64,000 bases of DNA from Eledone cirrhosa. Taxonomy: Eukaryota. The stretch spans positions 184,760,001 to 184,824,000 of the forward strand of contig OZ024741.1 in the NCBI GenBank assembly GCA_964016885.1, written 5' to 3'. The notes under the pieces are model-generated. The model was given only the letters and a program-made list of their open reading frames with translations. It searched no databases and was not told where the DNA came from. Both the position numbers and the translations under genes were made by a program. Of the stretch, positions 42,655-55,938 are shown piece by piece (positions within the stretch are counted from its first letter, which is position 1; the number at the start of each line of letters is the position of its first letter).

Positions 42655-45600
42655 AAGTCAGTCAAAGTGATCAGTCGCATATTTTGGCGTGGGAGACTAT
42701 TTATTAAATTTAAGATGAATACTATCTCCGACAGTAATGCCACAACTACAGCCAGGTTGAATAACTGGTTATTCTTCTAACTATCCCTTCTGAAGACACT
42801 TTTATTCGAATTCGTAGAGATATCCGACTAAATACATAATTCATTTTACAAGGATTTGCTACAAATAGCATGGCTGAACACAACATCATCAAGAAAATTA
42901 AGGAAGTATCGAAGACAAATAACAAAGAAGGTAATCAAACTTTATTCAGTTGTAGCTACAGAAGAAACCGAAATTATAAATCGCATTTCTCTTGGAGTTG
43001 CGAACTTAATAATGATTTATTTAATTGTTATAAAATGGCAAAAAACAATCCCTCCATTGGCTATATGAATAGAATGAAGCTACACTGGGACGAAATGCAC
43101 CCAGAGCTAAATTATTTCACAGCGAAACAATTACGCCAACAAGCGACGTTTGTTGAACGTCAAAATAAATTAAATATTATTAATTGTAAGTCCCCCAGAA
43201 CAAACATGGAATCAACAACACGTGCTACAGATCGCCATGCTGCTAGACTTCCTCGCAGCCAGGTCGAACAGCGCCTTGAAACAACTATGCCTGTAAGAAA
43301 TTTGACACCACGTGTACCATCTAAGTCTACCTCGAATGCTGGGGTAAACACTATCGATAATAATAATAATCGAGGAAATAATAATAATAATCGAATAAAT
43401 GTGACACCACGTATACCATCCGAGTCTACCTCGACTGTTATGGAAAATACTATCGATAATGATAATCAAAAGTATAAACAATTGAAAATTTCCCTCAACG
43501 AAATCTTTCAGAGAGAAATTAACTCATGTATAAATATCTCTCTGGCTGAACGTGTTAAAATGACAATGGTGAATAAAAGGCCAAATAATGAAATACTACG
43601 TGTTATTGACGAAATAGGGGATGAATATTTACGACGGATAAAAACCCCAACATTTTGGCAAATTAACGCCTGTTTATATGCCTTAGCAATGACAGTGAAG
43701 CATTATCTTGGTGATAGCAGAGATATTAACAAGAACAAAACACCACCAAAAATACCATCATATATAACTAAAATAGAAAAATAGAGTGCTGACCTACGAA
43801 AAAACATAGGACATGTGATAATGCTCCTTACATACAAACAAACACAAAAAAACCTCACTCCTCACCAACAAAGAGGGAAAAATAAAATAGAGACGATGTT
43901 TGGTAACAGTAGAACCAGAACTCTCCAAGATAAGCTGATCACCGTCAAACAAGAATTGAGAGCTGTTAGCGAAAAACGCCGATACCTGAAGAAGGTAGAT
44001 GAGAGAAAAATGCTTAATAAAAGATTCAGACGAAACCAAACATCAGTCTATAGAGATATGAAGGGCAAAATAATAAGTGTCACTGAGGCCCCATCCCAGA
44101 AAGACATAGATTCCTTTTGGAGAAAAATATGGGGTGAAAAGAAGAATTTCAACCAAGATGCAGTGTGGCTAAGAGAAATCCGAAAGAACTATTGCTCCTA
44201 CACTACAACAAAAACATATGAAATAAGTGAGGGTACCCTTGAGACTGTGATAGGAAAACTCCAAGATAAGAAAACACCAGGAAGATACATGATTGTCGGC
44301 TACTGGTACAACAAACTGATATTCTATCGGAGGTATCTTACTGACCTCTACCAACAAGTTCTTAAGGGAGATACACTTATACCAGAATGGTTGACATTAG
44401 CACAAACGTTACTGGTCCCCAAGAACAAAGACACCCACTTGGCAAAAAACTACCGACTCATTGAATGCCAGAACCTGATGTATCAGATGTATACAGCCTG
44501 CCTGAACCTATTCCTCCAAGATCACTGTGAAAATAATAACATCATCACAGATGAACAAGCAGCTGGAAAGAAAAGGGTTTGGGGATGTGCTGAACAACTC
44601 CTAATCAACAAAACTGCGATGTCGGAGGTGCGACAACTTAGGAGGAATATGACTACAGTCTGGGTGGACTACAAGAAAGCTTTCGATTCTGTTCCCCACT
44701 CTTGGATGATAGAGGCCCTCCAACTTGCTAAAGTCCCAGACATTATTGTCAGAGCCATAGAGAGGATGTCTTCTTCTTGGGCTACTATCCTAAGGTTAAA
44801 GACAGAGAGGGAGGACTCTATTTTCACTGATAAAATAAAATATTGCAGGGGTATATTTCAGGGGGACAGTCTCTTTGTGATATTGTTCATCTTGTCATTA
44901 AACCCCTTGTCCTTTCTGCTCTAGAAATGTGAGGGATACATCATTGGCTCACAGGAGGACAGAAATACGAACCTAAACCATAACTTCTTTGTGGACGATC
45001 TGAAACTCTATGCCAAGAACATGGATGGGATGAAGAAAAATCTTGACCTGGTTACAACGTTCTCAAAGGATATAGGAATGGAGTTTGGCCAGGATAAATG
45101 CTCATACATCACTGCAAAGCAGGGAAAAACAACAACCCAATCTAGCAACATTGTCATCAATGGTCTAACTGTTTCACCGATATCTGATGAGGACTGCTAC
45201 AGATACCTGGGGATAGATGAGAACATATCCTATAATGGTATCTGTAATAAAGAACGCGTAACCAGGGAATACTACACCCGATTAAGAAAGATCTGGTCAT
45301 CGGAACTCTCTGCGCAAAACAAAACAGTGGCTCACAATGTGTTTGCTGTGCCTGTCCTAACACCAACGTGTTGGAATACTCAATTGGACGATAGATGAAA
45401 TCCGAGCAGTTGATGTTGGAACTCGAAAAATACTGAACAACACCGGAAACTTCCACATCAACAGTGACATAGACCGCCTTTACTTGAAACGTAAGCAGGG
45501 AGGCAGAGGCCTAACATCAGTCCAGACAACATTTGAATGTCGCATCATATCTCTCCGACAACATCTACGAACCTCGAAGCGTAGGAGCCCGCTTCTCGAG

Positions 45601-46783
45601 CAAGTCTATCTGCATGAAACAGATAAGATCATGAGAGTTGGGAAGGAACTCCTTGAGAGATATTCCCTGTGTGATAATCAAAAACTCACACCCAGGGATG
45701 TCGCTCAGCAGTATCGCAGTGAATCCATGGATGGTAAACTGCATGCCTATCAGCAAAAAATCATGCATGGATATGTTGCCAGGAAGCTCCAAAGTGAGAG
45801 TAATATAGATAAGGAAATTAGTCTATCTTGGACCAACAACCACTATATTGGCTCCCACTTTGAAAGATACGATTTTGCAATCCAAGAACAGGAGATTAGC
45901 ACGAAATACCTGATTCACAAAAGAGATAGAGATGCAGGCAAAACACCTAGATTTGATAAAAAGTGCAGACTCTGCAGAACTAACATCGAGGATATCACCC
46001 ATGTCATCAGCAGCTGCCCAAAGATGTCATCGCGGTACTATCTACCTATAAGGCATGATGAAGCGGCCAAAACACTGTACAATGCAGTTCGTAAAAAAGA
46101 TAGCCCCGATAATAAACACATTAAAAGCTACAACAATGTGGAAGACATCCATGTACATAATATGAAAGAGTACTGGTGGAATGTTCCAGTAAAAACCCCA
46201 ATAAAATGCAGGCATGACAGACCAGATATTATGATATGGCACAGGGAGAAGAAAACATGCACAGTAGTGGAAATTAGCTGCCCAGCAGATGCCAATATAA
46301 TATCAAAGATTACTGAAAAGGAGAATATTTATGCAGAACTGATGAAAAATCTGCAGATACTCCACCCTGATTACACCTTCAGATTTATGCCTGTGATTAT
46401 TGGGGCACTGGGATATGTTAGTAACTGCCTCAATACAAATTTTGAGAAGCTAGGCTTCACAGGAACAGAAAGAACACAACTAGTTAGAAAATTACAAGTA
46501 CAATCTATTAATGGAACAGTAAAAATATGTAAAACATTCCAAAAATTTTGCATCTAATAACTGCATATACACATGTACAGATACAAAACATATACACATC
46601 CACACATACAACTCAAAACATACACATCCACAGATACAATAACATCCATATCTACACATGCATGCATACATACATATCTACCTAGTTGATGTTGTGTAAA
46701 TTCCAATGAGAGAGTCTTGTGACTATGTTAGAAACCGACTCTCTCTATTGGTAAAACTTTGTGAAATTATAAAACCAGAAGAA
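42655..46783 (+). mobile_element. Near full-length R4/Dong-type non-LTR retrotransposon in a (CATA)n tract
   Basis: Single long disrupted RT-RLE ORF; pure (CATA)n on both sides; 3' UTR hairpin GAGAGAGTC...GACTCTCTC. Confidence 0.9.
42870..46557 (+). pseudogene. RT + CCHC + restriction-like endonuclease polyprotein with two TAG stops (43782, 44922) and one frameshift (~45368)
   Basis: WVDYKKAFDSVPHSW, GIFQGDSL, FVDDLKLY, YRYLG, RKQGGRGL, CRLC..EDITHVISSC, RHD, RPDIMIW, VEISCP. Confidence 0.92.
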
Positions 46784-47741
46784 CATACATACATACATAC
46801 ATACATACATACATACATACATACATACATACATACATACATACATACATACATACACGTAATATTTCATTATTATTTTTTTTTTTTTTTATTAAACATT
46901 ATCGTTTTAAAACATTCAGCAAGCGAGATATTTATACATGAATTAATTTCGTTGAGGGAAATTTTCAATTGTTTATACTTCTGATTATTATCATTTATAC
47001 TTCTGATTATTATCAAAGGGCGGTGGAATGGCAGTATCAGTACATGGTCGGACACCATGCTTTGCTGCAAAGAGTTACGGCCCTTTATGATCTGAGTTGA
47101 AATATATAACAATTAAATAAACCATCATTAAGTTCGCAACCCCAAGAGAAATGCGATTTATAATTTCGGTTTCTTCTCTTATTGACGAAATAGGGAATGC
47201 ATATTTACGACGGATAAAAACCCCAACATTTTGGCAAATCAACGCCTGTTTATATGCCTTAGCAACGACGTGAAGCATTATCTTGATGATAGCAGAGATA
47301 GGGGTTCTCCTACATGGATATAAAGTAGTGGCCGTACTCGAAAACGAGTTGGCAGCCACCATGCACGTATGTATGTATGTATGTATATATGTATGTATGT
47401 ATGTATGTATGTTTGTATGTATATATGTATGTATATATGTATTTATATATGTATGTATGCATGCATGTATATTGTATGTATATATGTATGTATGTATATC
47501 TGTATGTATGTATGTATATATGTCTGTATTTATTTCATGTATCTACACACGTATGTATCTACAGGTATATATGTTCAACACCTAGCTACTTCGATTTACA
47601 CAAAATTCTGTGTTAATCTCCGATATCTAGGAAGTGAATTATGAAATTATACACATAATTATACACTTTTATTTCTAAATGCAATTATGTGTGTATATAT
47701 GTGTGTATGTATGTATGTACGTACGTATGTATGTATGTATG

Positions 47742-48275
47742 TTCTTCTGGTTTTATAACTTCACACATTTTTGCCAATAGAGAGAGATTCGGTTTCTAAC
47801 AGAGACACAAGACTCTCTCATTGGAATTTACACATCAACTAGGTAGATATGTATGTATGTCTGCATGCATGTGTAGATATGGATATTATTGTGTGTGTGG
47901 ATATGTATGTTTTGAGTTTTACGCTTTGTATCTGTACATGTGTATATGCAGTTATTAGATGCAACATTTTTGGAATGTTTTACATATTTTTACTGTTCCA
48001 TTAATGGATTGTACTTGTAATTTCCTAACTAGTCGTGTTCTTTGTGTTCCTGTGGAGCCCACCTTCTCAAGATTTGTATTGAGGCAGTTACTAACATATC
48101 CCAGAGCCCCAATAATCACAGGCATAAATCTGAAGGTGTAATCAGGGTGGAGTATCTGCAGATTTCTCATCAGTTCTGCATAAATATTCTCCTTTTCGCT
48201 AATCTTTGATATTATATTGGCATCTGCTGGATAGCTAACTTCCACTACTGTGCATGCCTTCTTTTCCCTGTCCCA
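47742..48275 (-). mobile_element. 5'-truncated copy of the 42655-46783 family
   Basis: WDREKKACTVVEVSYPADANIISK...KICKTFQKCCI with the same AACCAGAAGAA end abutting (CATA)n. Confidence 0.9.
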
Positions 48276-48427
48276 TGTATGTTTGCATGTATGTATGTAC
48301 GTGTGTAGGTATGTGTGTATGTATGTATGCATGTATTACGTGTGTAGGTATGTATGTCTATGTATGTGTATATGTGTGTATGTATAACTGTATGTATGCA
48401 TGTATGTATGTGTATATACTTACACAC

Positions 48428-48685
48428 CTAAGTGTGGCCAAGCATTAAGGCTGTTAGACTTCCGATCATAGTGTCGTGGGTTAGATTCCTGGATCAGGTT
48501 GAGTTTTGGCTTCTCGAAAAATAACCTTTCGTTTCACGTTGTTTCAGTATACTCAGCTGACAATGAATGTCAGCCATAAATGGGGGTTTAACCCTGCGAG
48601 ATGATTGGCGCCCTTTCCAGGTGATGCCTTGTACTCTTAATCGCTTCATGTCAACGGAAACCGGGGAATGTCTCGGCATGATGAA
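48428..48685 (+). mobile_element. Degenerate tRNA-derived SINE (different family)
   Basis: GTGGCCAAGC...GGGTTAGATTCC head; AACCCTGCGA..GATTGGCGCCC..CCAGG body motif. Confidence 0.55.
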
Positions 48686-49029
48686 CTTCAGGATTCGAGA
48701 CAGAGCTTAGACCTGTGTTTCCTTAAAACAGCATGGAAGATGATATATGAGTGGGCTGGGGCCGGTCCCAGTAGGGTCAATTGCAATTGAGCTTCAAGAT
48801 CAAAGAGCTCCGAAATGTAGAAGCCATTGTAGAAAAAGCAGGGTGAGTTTGTATGTCTATGTATCAAGACTGATGTATGTATGTGATGTGTAAATTTGTC
48901 AATGCGTCTAAATGCAGTCTTGTATGTCCGTGTAAGAAATAGCATCACGCACTGTCCCAAATGACGGATATGGATATGGAAAGCAATATGGATAGGTAAA
49001 TATTTAAATTGTACTTTGAATTTATTTTG

Positions 49030-49154
49030 AAAGATTGTTTAAAAGTACTCAATACTTAGGGTAGTAGAGTGGGTAATAGGAACCAGTAAGAACCAGACGG
49101 CTGAGCTCAAGCCGTTTCGACGGCTAATTCTCTGCCGTCGGGGTCTTACTGGTT

Positions 49155-49157
<3 letters not shown>
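49030..49157 (-). repeat. Fold-back insert with hammerhead 3' half and tail; family of 20906-21090
   Basis: TAGGAACCAGTAAGA..GACGGC / GCCGTC..TCTTACTGGTTCCTA; minus strand GAAACGGC TTGAGCTCA GCCGTC; tail TTACCCACTCTACTAC. Confidence 0.8.
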
Positions 49158-49203
<46 letters not shown>

Positions 49204-49361
49204 TATATTTAATAAATATAGGGCTTCTACAGAGTTAGAACTGCGTTGATGTATTTTGTATGATAGGTGTGATTCATTCAACCATCGAAACAGTATAAGA
49301 TTCACCGTTGGGGTTGCATGTGTTTGTGTATGTGTGTTTATGTGCATATGTACAACAAGTA

Positions 49362-49554
49362 AGGGCGGTGGATTGGCAGCATCGGTAGAGGGTCGGACGC
49401 CATGCTTTGACGCATAGAGTTACGGCCCTTTCCATTCTGAGTTGAAATCCCGCCGAGGTCAACTTTGCCTTTCATCCTTACGGGGGTCGATAAAATAAAG
49501 TACCAGTAATGCACTGGGTAATTGATGGCCTTGTACCAAAAGTAGAAACAATTA
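49362..49554 (+). mobile_element. tRNA-derived SINE, family A
   Basis: Full family A sequence with a GAGTTGAAAT variant. Confidence 0.9.
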
Positions 49555-50173
49555 TTTAGTCCTATTTCAGCTTTACACGTTTATATGCCTGTATGCATTA
49601 ATGCATAATGTATATATCGTCATATATTCAATATAGTGTGATGTATTATAATGATGTAATTTAATAAGAATAGGAAATAATGTATAATATTTTATAATTT
49701 ATTACATCAATATTTTCTGTATATTAAATATTTAAATAATAAATCGTTTAATTTTCAGCAAATTGCAGGTGAATTATCATATGGAATTTATTTATTCATT
49801 CTACGAATATGATTAAGGAGCTATAGGGTTAACATCATAGTTAATGAGCTGTACACAAACGCACATATTTAACATTTGTACGAAGGCATCTCATAGACCT
49901 ATCCTTCCCTTCGAGGTGAGAAATACATAATCATTATACAATAATACACGTAAAAAACTTACATGAGTTTTACAAAGACTACTGGTATTCAATCACTGAT
50001 ATTGCAGCACATAAACATTCTAGACCTCGTCCAAACAAAGGCTACTTGTCTTACTGGCATAATCTCGCACATGCCCCGGCACAGAGATCAGCCGTCTCTT
50101 CTTTTCGTTTTTTTACTGCTGCTACAAAGTGTCTGTTTATCGAAGGTTGCTAGTCTCACTATCCCCATTTAGG

Positions 50174-51320
50174 CTTTTCCAATATATATGTCTCTACGTG
50201 TCTGATCACCCCAGTTGTGTTACCTGACACTGCACTAATCACTTCGCCTAGTCTTTAATTCCTGAAAGTCGTCAACCTGGAATACCCTACCTTCTCATGT
50301 CTTTTTGACAGCGTAACGTCAATGGCATCAATTCTCCTGGACTGGAGGGCTTTTAAATACGAAGAGGCTGCCACTTCCTCGAAACGCACCACTTAAGAGA
50401 TATATAATTAAAGACTTACAGCAGTGTAGCCAAGTGTGTGAATATTTTTCTTTGGTCCAATGTCAGCCTCGATCAAGCAAACCTAAGGTCATACGCACTC
50501 TAATAATGTCCATCGTAAACAAACCATCCTTTTATGTTCATGTAAAATTCAGAGAGTATAGCATGATAACGGTCTTGACAAACTTGATGAACCATTGCTG
50601 GAGGGTTGGACGGGTTCCTCTTAAGCAGCAACGCGGTGTCATCGTCAAACTGCCTAAGAAAGGAAACCTGGCCAACTGCAACAACTGGCGTGGTATCACA
50701 TTGTTGTCAGTCACAGGCAAGGCGTTCTGCACTGTGCTGCTGCGTCGACTCCTGCAGAGTGTCAACTCTGTGCTCTGGGAAGAACACGCCAGCTTCCGAA
50801 ACAATCAATCTTGCACCAAACGGATCTGACTGGCCATATTCTGCGCCTGCTCGATGAACGACTCGAAAACTGAGATGAACTGGACTCCCCCTGGCGGCAA
50901 ACGGAGGCAGGGTTGCCCCAGGATCACCTGGCGACGAACGGCCCGACAAAACCTGCTGTCAGCCAATATCACCTGACAAGGACGCGATAAAAGACGCTGC
51001 TGATCGGAACCATTGGCGAGTACTTACTGCTTGATGCACCGAACCGCCCAGAAGAACCTAAGGTTAAGAATATATATATATATATATATATATAAAAGAA
51101 ATAGGATTTGGCTTCAAGCATATATATATATATATATTCACATACAAGGAAAACGATACAAATTGATGCCATTGACGTTACGCTGTCAAAAAGACATGAG
51201 AAGGTAGGGTATTCCAGGTTGACGACTTTCAGGAATTAAAGACTAGGCGAAGTGATTAGTGCAGTGTCAGGTAACACAACTGGGGTGATCAGACACGTAG
51301 AGACATATATATTGGAAAAG
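50174..51320. repeat. 160 bp inverted repeat (50174-50333 / 51161-51320)
   Basis: Arms read as exact reverse complements by eye. Confidence 0.9.
50570..51069 (+). mobile_element. Internally deleted RTE LINE fragment
   Basis: GVIVKLPKKGNLANCNNWRGITLLS joined to the C-terminal WTPPGGKRRQGCPRITWRR. Confidence 0.85.
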
Positions 51321-51575
51321 TGTTTGAAAAAGGATCTTTAGAACATGTATAACAAAAAATTGATGTTAGCAAAACCTGGTTTCTCCGTTGAGGATCTTCA
51401 AAACAATTATTAGATTAAATTATTTTTTTTATTAAAACACTTGCATGCTGATTTTCGACCACATTATATATATATATTTATATTCTTTTTTTTTTTTTAC
51501 CCTTGGTCAGTCAATGATAAACGTTTGAACTTGTAATTTGAACTCGGGAATTTTATATTCTCCGAATGAAAAGAA

Positions 51576-51660
51576 CCTTCTGACGAGAGTTTATCTTTTC
51601 AATGGAAGGCCGCAAGGACTGTCCATTTATTTTTGAGACTCGAAACCGATTCGGTAAAGG
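51576..51660 (+). ncRNA. Type I hammerhead ribozyme, long stem II
   Basis: CCTT-CTGACGA-GAGTT...GACTC-GAAA-CCGATTCGG-TA-AAGG. Confidence 0.85.
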
Positions 51661-51728
51661 CAATCATAGTGAGTACAGTGAATTTTTTGAAATTTATTTT
51701 GAAACTTTTTCTTATTTGCTAAACCTTG

Positions 51729-51787
<59 letters not shown>

Positions 51788-51902
51788 CCCCTTAAATATA
51801 TAATATAAATATAAATATATATATATTATATATTTTAGGGAAATCGTAGGTATATATGTGCACACACACACACACGCGCGTGTATATATTAATTTTTAAT
51901 CT

Positions 51903-52215
51903 AATGGCACTCCGTCGGTCTCGACGGTGAATATTCTAATTGATCCGATCAATGGAACAGCCTGTTTATAAAGTTAACCTGCAAGTGGCTGAGCATTCTT
52001 CAAAGACGTGTACCCTTAACGTAGTTCGCTGGGAGATTCAGCGTGACGCCAAACGTGACAAGGCTGGCAACCCATTTTGCTGCAACTCATTTTGCCAGCT
52101 TAGTGGACTGGAGCAACCTAAAATTAAGTGTCTTGCTCAAGGACACAACGCGGCGCCGGGAATCGAACTCTCGACCTTACGGTTGTGAGCTGAATACCTT
52201 AACCACAAAGCCATA
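51903..52215 (-). mobile_element. CORE-type tRNA SINE
   Basis: Minus strand GAGTTCGATTCCC B box and GTGTCCTTGAGCAAGACACTTAA CORE motif; its tail resembles 23375-23475. Confidence 0.8.
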
Positions 52216-52267
52216 TACAATTAATTATAATTGATAATAATCAAAAATAGTCTCTCCCACTATACTA

Positions 52268-52454
52268 ATAATTGTTACTACTTGTGGCACAAGGCCAGCA
52301 ATTACCCAGTACATTACGGGTACTTTATTTTATCGACCCCGTAAGAATGAAAGGCAAAGTTAACCTCGACGGGATTTGAACTCAGAATGGCAAGGGCCGT
52401 AACTCCATGCGTCAAAGCTTGTCGTCCGACCCTCTACCGATACTGCCAATCCAC
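52268..52454 (-). mobile_element. tRNA-derived SINE, family A
   Basis: Reverse complement of the family A sequence. Confidence 0.9.
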
Positions 52455-53133
52455 TAATAAGAGTTTGAAATTTGCCAGGCCACAATCGTCTGTAATATTT
52501 GGTTTCTATCGAATTGTAACTACCATATAAATGAATATCATGAACTATATAGTGCACTAAATATTTAGTTCTCTCATCAGCCAAACTCTTCGTTCCAGAG
52601 ATGTTTCAACGAGGATCTCAGTCCGCACATTATCAGGGAAATGGTAGAAAATGTATAATTTTTCCTCGCTCAAAACGATTTAACAACTAAATACATCGAG
52701 CCTAAACTAAGAAACCTATCATACAATATAAAATTCTCGTGTTAAATAAAATGGAATTTAAAACCATAAATATCATAGATGTTTTTCAACGGAGATATTA
52801 GCCCCCAAAGGTACAATTCAATAAAATATAAATTAAAGTTCATCAAAATTCATCTGGCCGCATCCCTGGCTCCTGTCGAGTTGTGGCTAGCAAATAAATT
52901 AGTAACATACTCCGTGTTGTGCACTAACTACTTGATCTATTACACAAACAAAACATTCGCATCAGAAGCCTTATCAGTGGCATGATACGATCCATATAAT
53001 TTTCTTTATACAAACCTACGCAACAATAAACTATATGTTATTCAACTAAATACTGCATACGTTAGGAAAATAGAGCCATAGAAACGGGTTAAGCTTGACA
53101 GTAGAACATATCTATCTCATTATATATATATAT

Positions 53134-53206
<73 letters not shown>

Positions 53207-53551
53207 ATAGACAAAGACGGGCAATAACTGTGTGTGTTGGTACGTGATAACTTTGCACAAAGAAAAAGTATTTCGGTTACTCGAACGTTCAACATCTTGT
53301 CCTCCATTGTCCACAAACAAAGTGACTGAAAACAATCTGCAGACAAACTGGTCACATATGAATAAAGAAGTAGAATGATCTTAGAAAATATATAACTTAT
53401 ACAAAAAATAATGAAAAGTACGCAAACTCAAAGCTACTTTGAAACAAAAATACAAAAATAATTACAAGAAAATAAGATGATAAAAGACTTGTTGATTATT
53501 CCCTCTATGAGTAAACGTCGTATTATATCAGCATATCTGAATAATAGTTGC

Positions 53552-53611
<60 letters not shown>

Positions 53612-53987
53612 CATTTCATTTATTAGCCACAAGGGCTGATTGATGACCATATGGTGGACAATTACGAGTACATGATACAACAAATGTGTGGGTGATTTCC
53701 ACCAAGTGTGTCGTGAAATACGATATCATGGAAACAAAAACAAAACGATAAATAATAAATCAGATAAACAATATGGCGGATGGGGTGGAGTGGATAATGT
53801 TAGAATGAAAACTTCCAATGATAACTGGTTTAGTAAAAGACATTTAATATCATGCTCCATGAAGTAATGATAATGTCTTTAGATTACCTCGTTAATTTCT
53901 ATTGTGAGTGACTAACAAAATACGCATTCATATACAATGGTATATGTGTGCACGCACACACACATTCACACACAAACACACACACGC

Positions 53988-54018
<31 letters not shown>

Positions 54019-54041
54019 ACACAACAGTTAGTTCACCATAC

Positions 54042-54079
54042 CGAGAACAATTGTTTCACCTTAGCGGATCTTCAGCTCG
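54042..54079 (-). ncRNA. Minimal type I hammerhead ribozyme
   Basis: CGAG-CTGAAGA-TCC GCTAA GGT-GAAA-CAATTG-TT-CTCG; palindromic stem III. Confidence 0.8.
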
Positions 54080-54318
54080 TGCTGGTCATGGTTATATGAA
54101 ACAGGAAGAAAAATCGTATGAACGCGTATGCACAGAAACAGTCACTTCATCCAATCGATGCAAAGCCACAGGCGAAAGGTGTAAGGGAGATAAATGGGAA
54201 AGTCCGGAAAATGTGTTCGAGTTGATTAGAAAATTAGAATGTTGTAGTTGTTCAATCCGGAGCTTTGTAGTTATATTCTCAGCTGTCTTCTTGTCCAGCA
54301 GTCGCAAGCGGTGGGAGA

Positions 54319-54364
54319 GACCGCCCTGACGAAAGCCAGTTAAGCCTGAAATGAATAGACGGTT
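54319..54364 (+). ncRNA. Minimal type I hammerhead ribozyme, slightly decayed
   Basis: GACCGCC-CTGACGA-AAGC CAGTTAA GCCT-GAAA-TGAA-TA-GACGGTT; one mismatch each in stems I and II. Confidence 0.65.
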
Positions 54365-54457
54365 GTCCCCCTTGCTACTGCTGGACATCACCAGAGAGCG
54401 TTAGACCCCAGTGTTTGCATAGCTACGGCCTACTAAAAGTGTATTTCTTTGGAGATA

Positions 54458-54490
<33 letters not shown>

Positions 54491-54747
54491 TATGTTTTTG
54501 AAACAGTGAGTGGGTTTGACATTAAAAATAGAAGCTTTCGCTGTTACATTTGTAAAAAGTTGAGGGTTCTAAACCCTACTATCAGGTTGAAATTTCTTTA
54601 GTCAAAAGATACAGCGAAAGTTTCTAATATATATATATATATTATATATATATATATATGTGTGTGAGTCCCGGTTTCTTATCAATGAAACAATCTTAGT
54701 CCAGTAGAAGCCATTTCTATATTAACCACGATATATATATATATATA

Positions 54748-55760
54748 CTAGCATTAAAGCCCGGCGTTGCTCAGGGTCAGTCAGTTACCAAATTTAGGTC
54801 GCACCAACCATTTTATGGCAGCACTTTTTTGTCTGCCAGGCACTGGGTGAATGAATTGCAGACCTGGACTGACGAAGCAGGAGCTGCGCCAGCATTGACA
54901 ATTGTAGTTTCGCAAAGAAGTGTTGAAATATATTGTTTCACAGAACTTGCGCAACATGTGCGTAGAAGATGCCAGTCGAACAACAGAGCAGCGATGGAGC
55001 TGTTCTGCATGGTTGTCTAATGTGTGCTTTCTAAATTTAAGACAGTAGGGAGGGGTGTGATATAGGAGAGAGTTAGCTGCTATTTCTAGCAGGTTTAGTG
55101 ACCTCATAGAGGATATTATAATGTATAGTAAATAAACTGATACTTCTTTCTTCCACGTTCGTTGAGAGATGTTTTAAAAAAGATTTATCGGTATTTTTTT
55201 GGTTGTTGAATAAATTTATCTGTTGCTTTTGAATAATTGTTGTTTCGTATGAAATGTAATAAGTTCATTGAAGTAAATAAATGTTTGACCGTTCCACGAT
55301 CAAAAACAAACATTCTCTCTCTCTCTCTCACACACACTCTCTTCTTTCTCTCTCTCTCACCTTCATTTCTTTCTCTCTTCTTTCTTCGGCGTTCCTAAAG
55401 GAAGTGTGTAAGTTTAAGCGTATATAAGAGAAAGTTGCAGCATGTATGTAGTTTTATTGAATTTTAAGGGGAGTAGAGAGAGGATACCAGATTGTATTAG
55501 AGGGGTAAAGCGTCGTGTATTTAGTTTTATCGATTATTTCCGTAATTGTGGGTGAGTTTGAAATAAATAAATAGTCGTTGACCTATGTTAGACCATTTAC
55601 AACATTCTTACAGACTTTAAGTCGAATCGGTTTGGAATTGTGCAAATGTACACAACTGTGCAAATGTACACAACTGTGCAAATGTACACAACCACACACA
55701 CACAACCACACACACACACAACAACAACAACAACAACAATCTGCCTTTTATATATAATGA
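54748..55760 (-). mobile_element. Non-autonomous Helitron
   Basis: Minus strand 5' TCATTATATATAAAAGG followed by simple repeats; 3' CCCTGAGCAACGCCGGG hairpin then CTAG|T. Confidence 0.78.
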
Positions 55761-55938
55761 TATATATATATATAGATAAATCTACCAAAATATACGGTAG
55801 TGTCCAATCCGTATGTAGAGCTCAATGTAATCCAAATATCATGATAAAGAGAAGATGCATTCAAAAGTTTTCGATAAAAATCATAGGAAACAGAGTCAAG
55901 ATAAATTAATAAAAACAATTATAAATTAAATAAAAACA

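Noticed and set aside
42790-42830. CTGAAGA in the R4/Dong 5' UTR as a ribozyme
   Set aside because: No GAAA core or closing stems
45184-45200. CTGATGAG motif
   Set aside because: Inside the RT ORF with no matching structure
51372-51410. Minus-strand TTGAAGA-TCC..GGA-GAAACCAGGTT
   Set aside because: Core C mutated and stem I absent; possibly a relic, so not counted
52500-52645. CTGATGA and CTGATAA cores on the minus strand
   Set aside because: Stem III or the cleavage triplet cannot be formed
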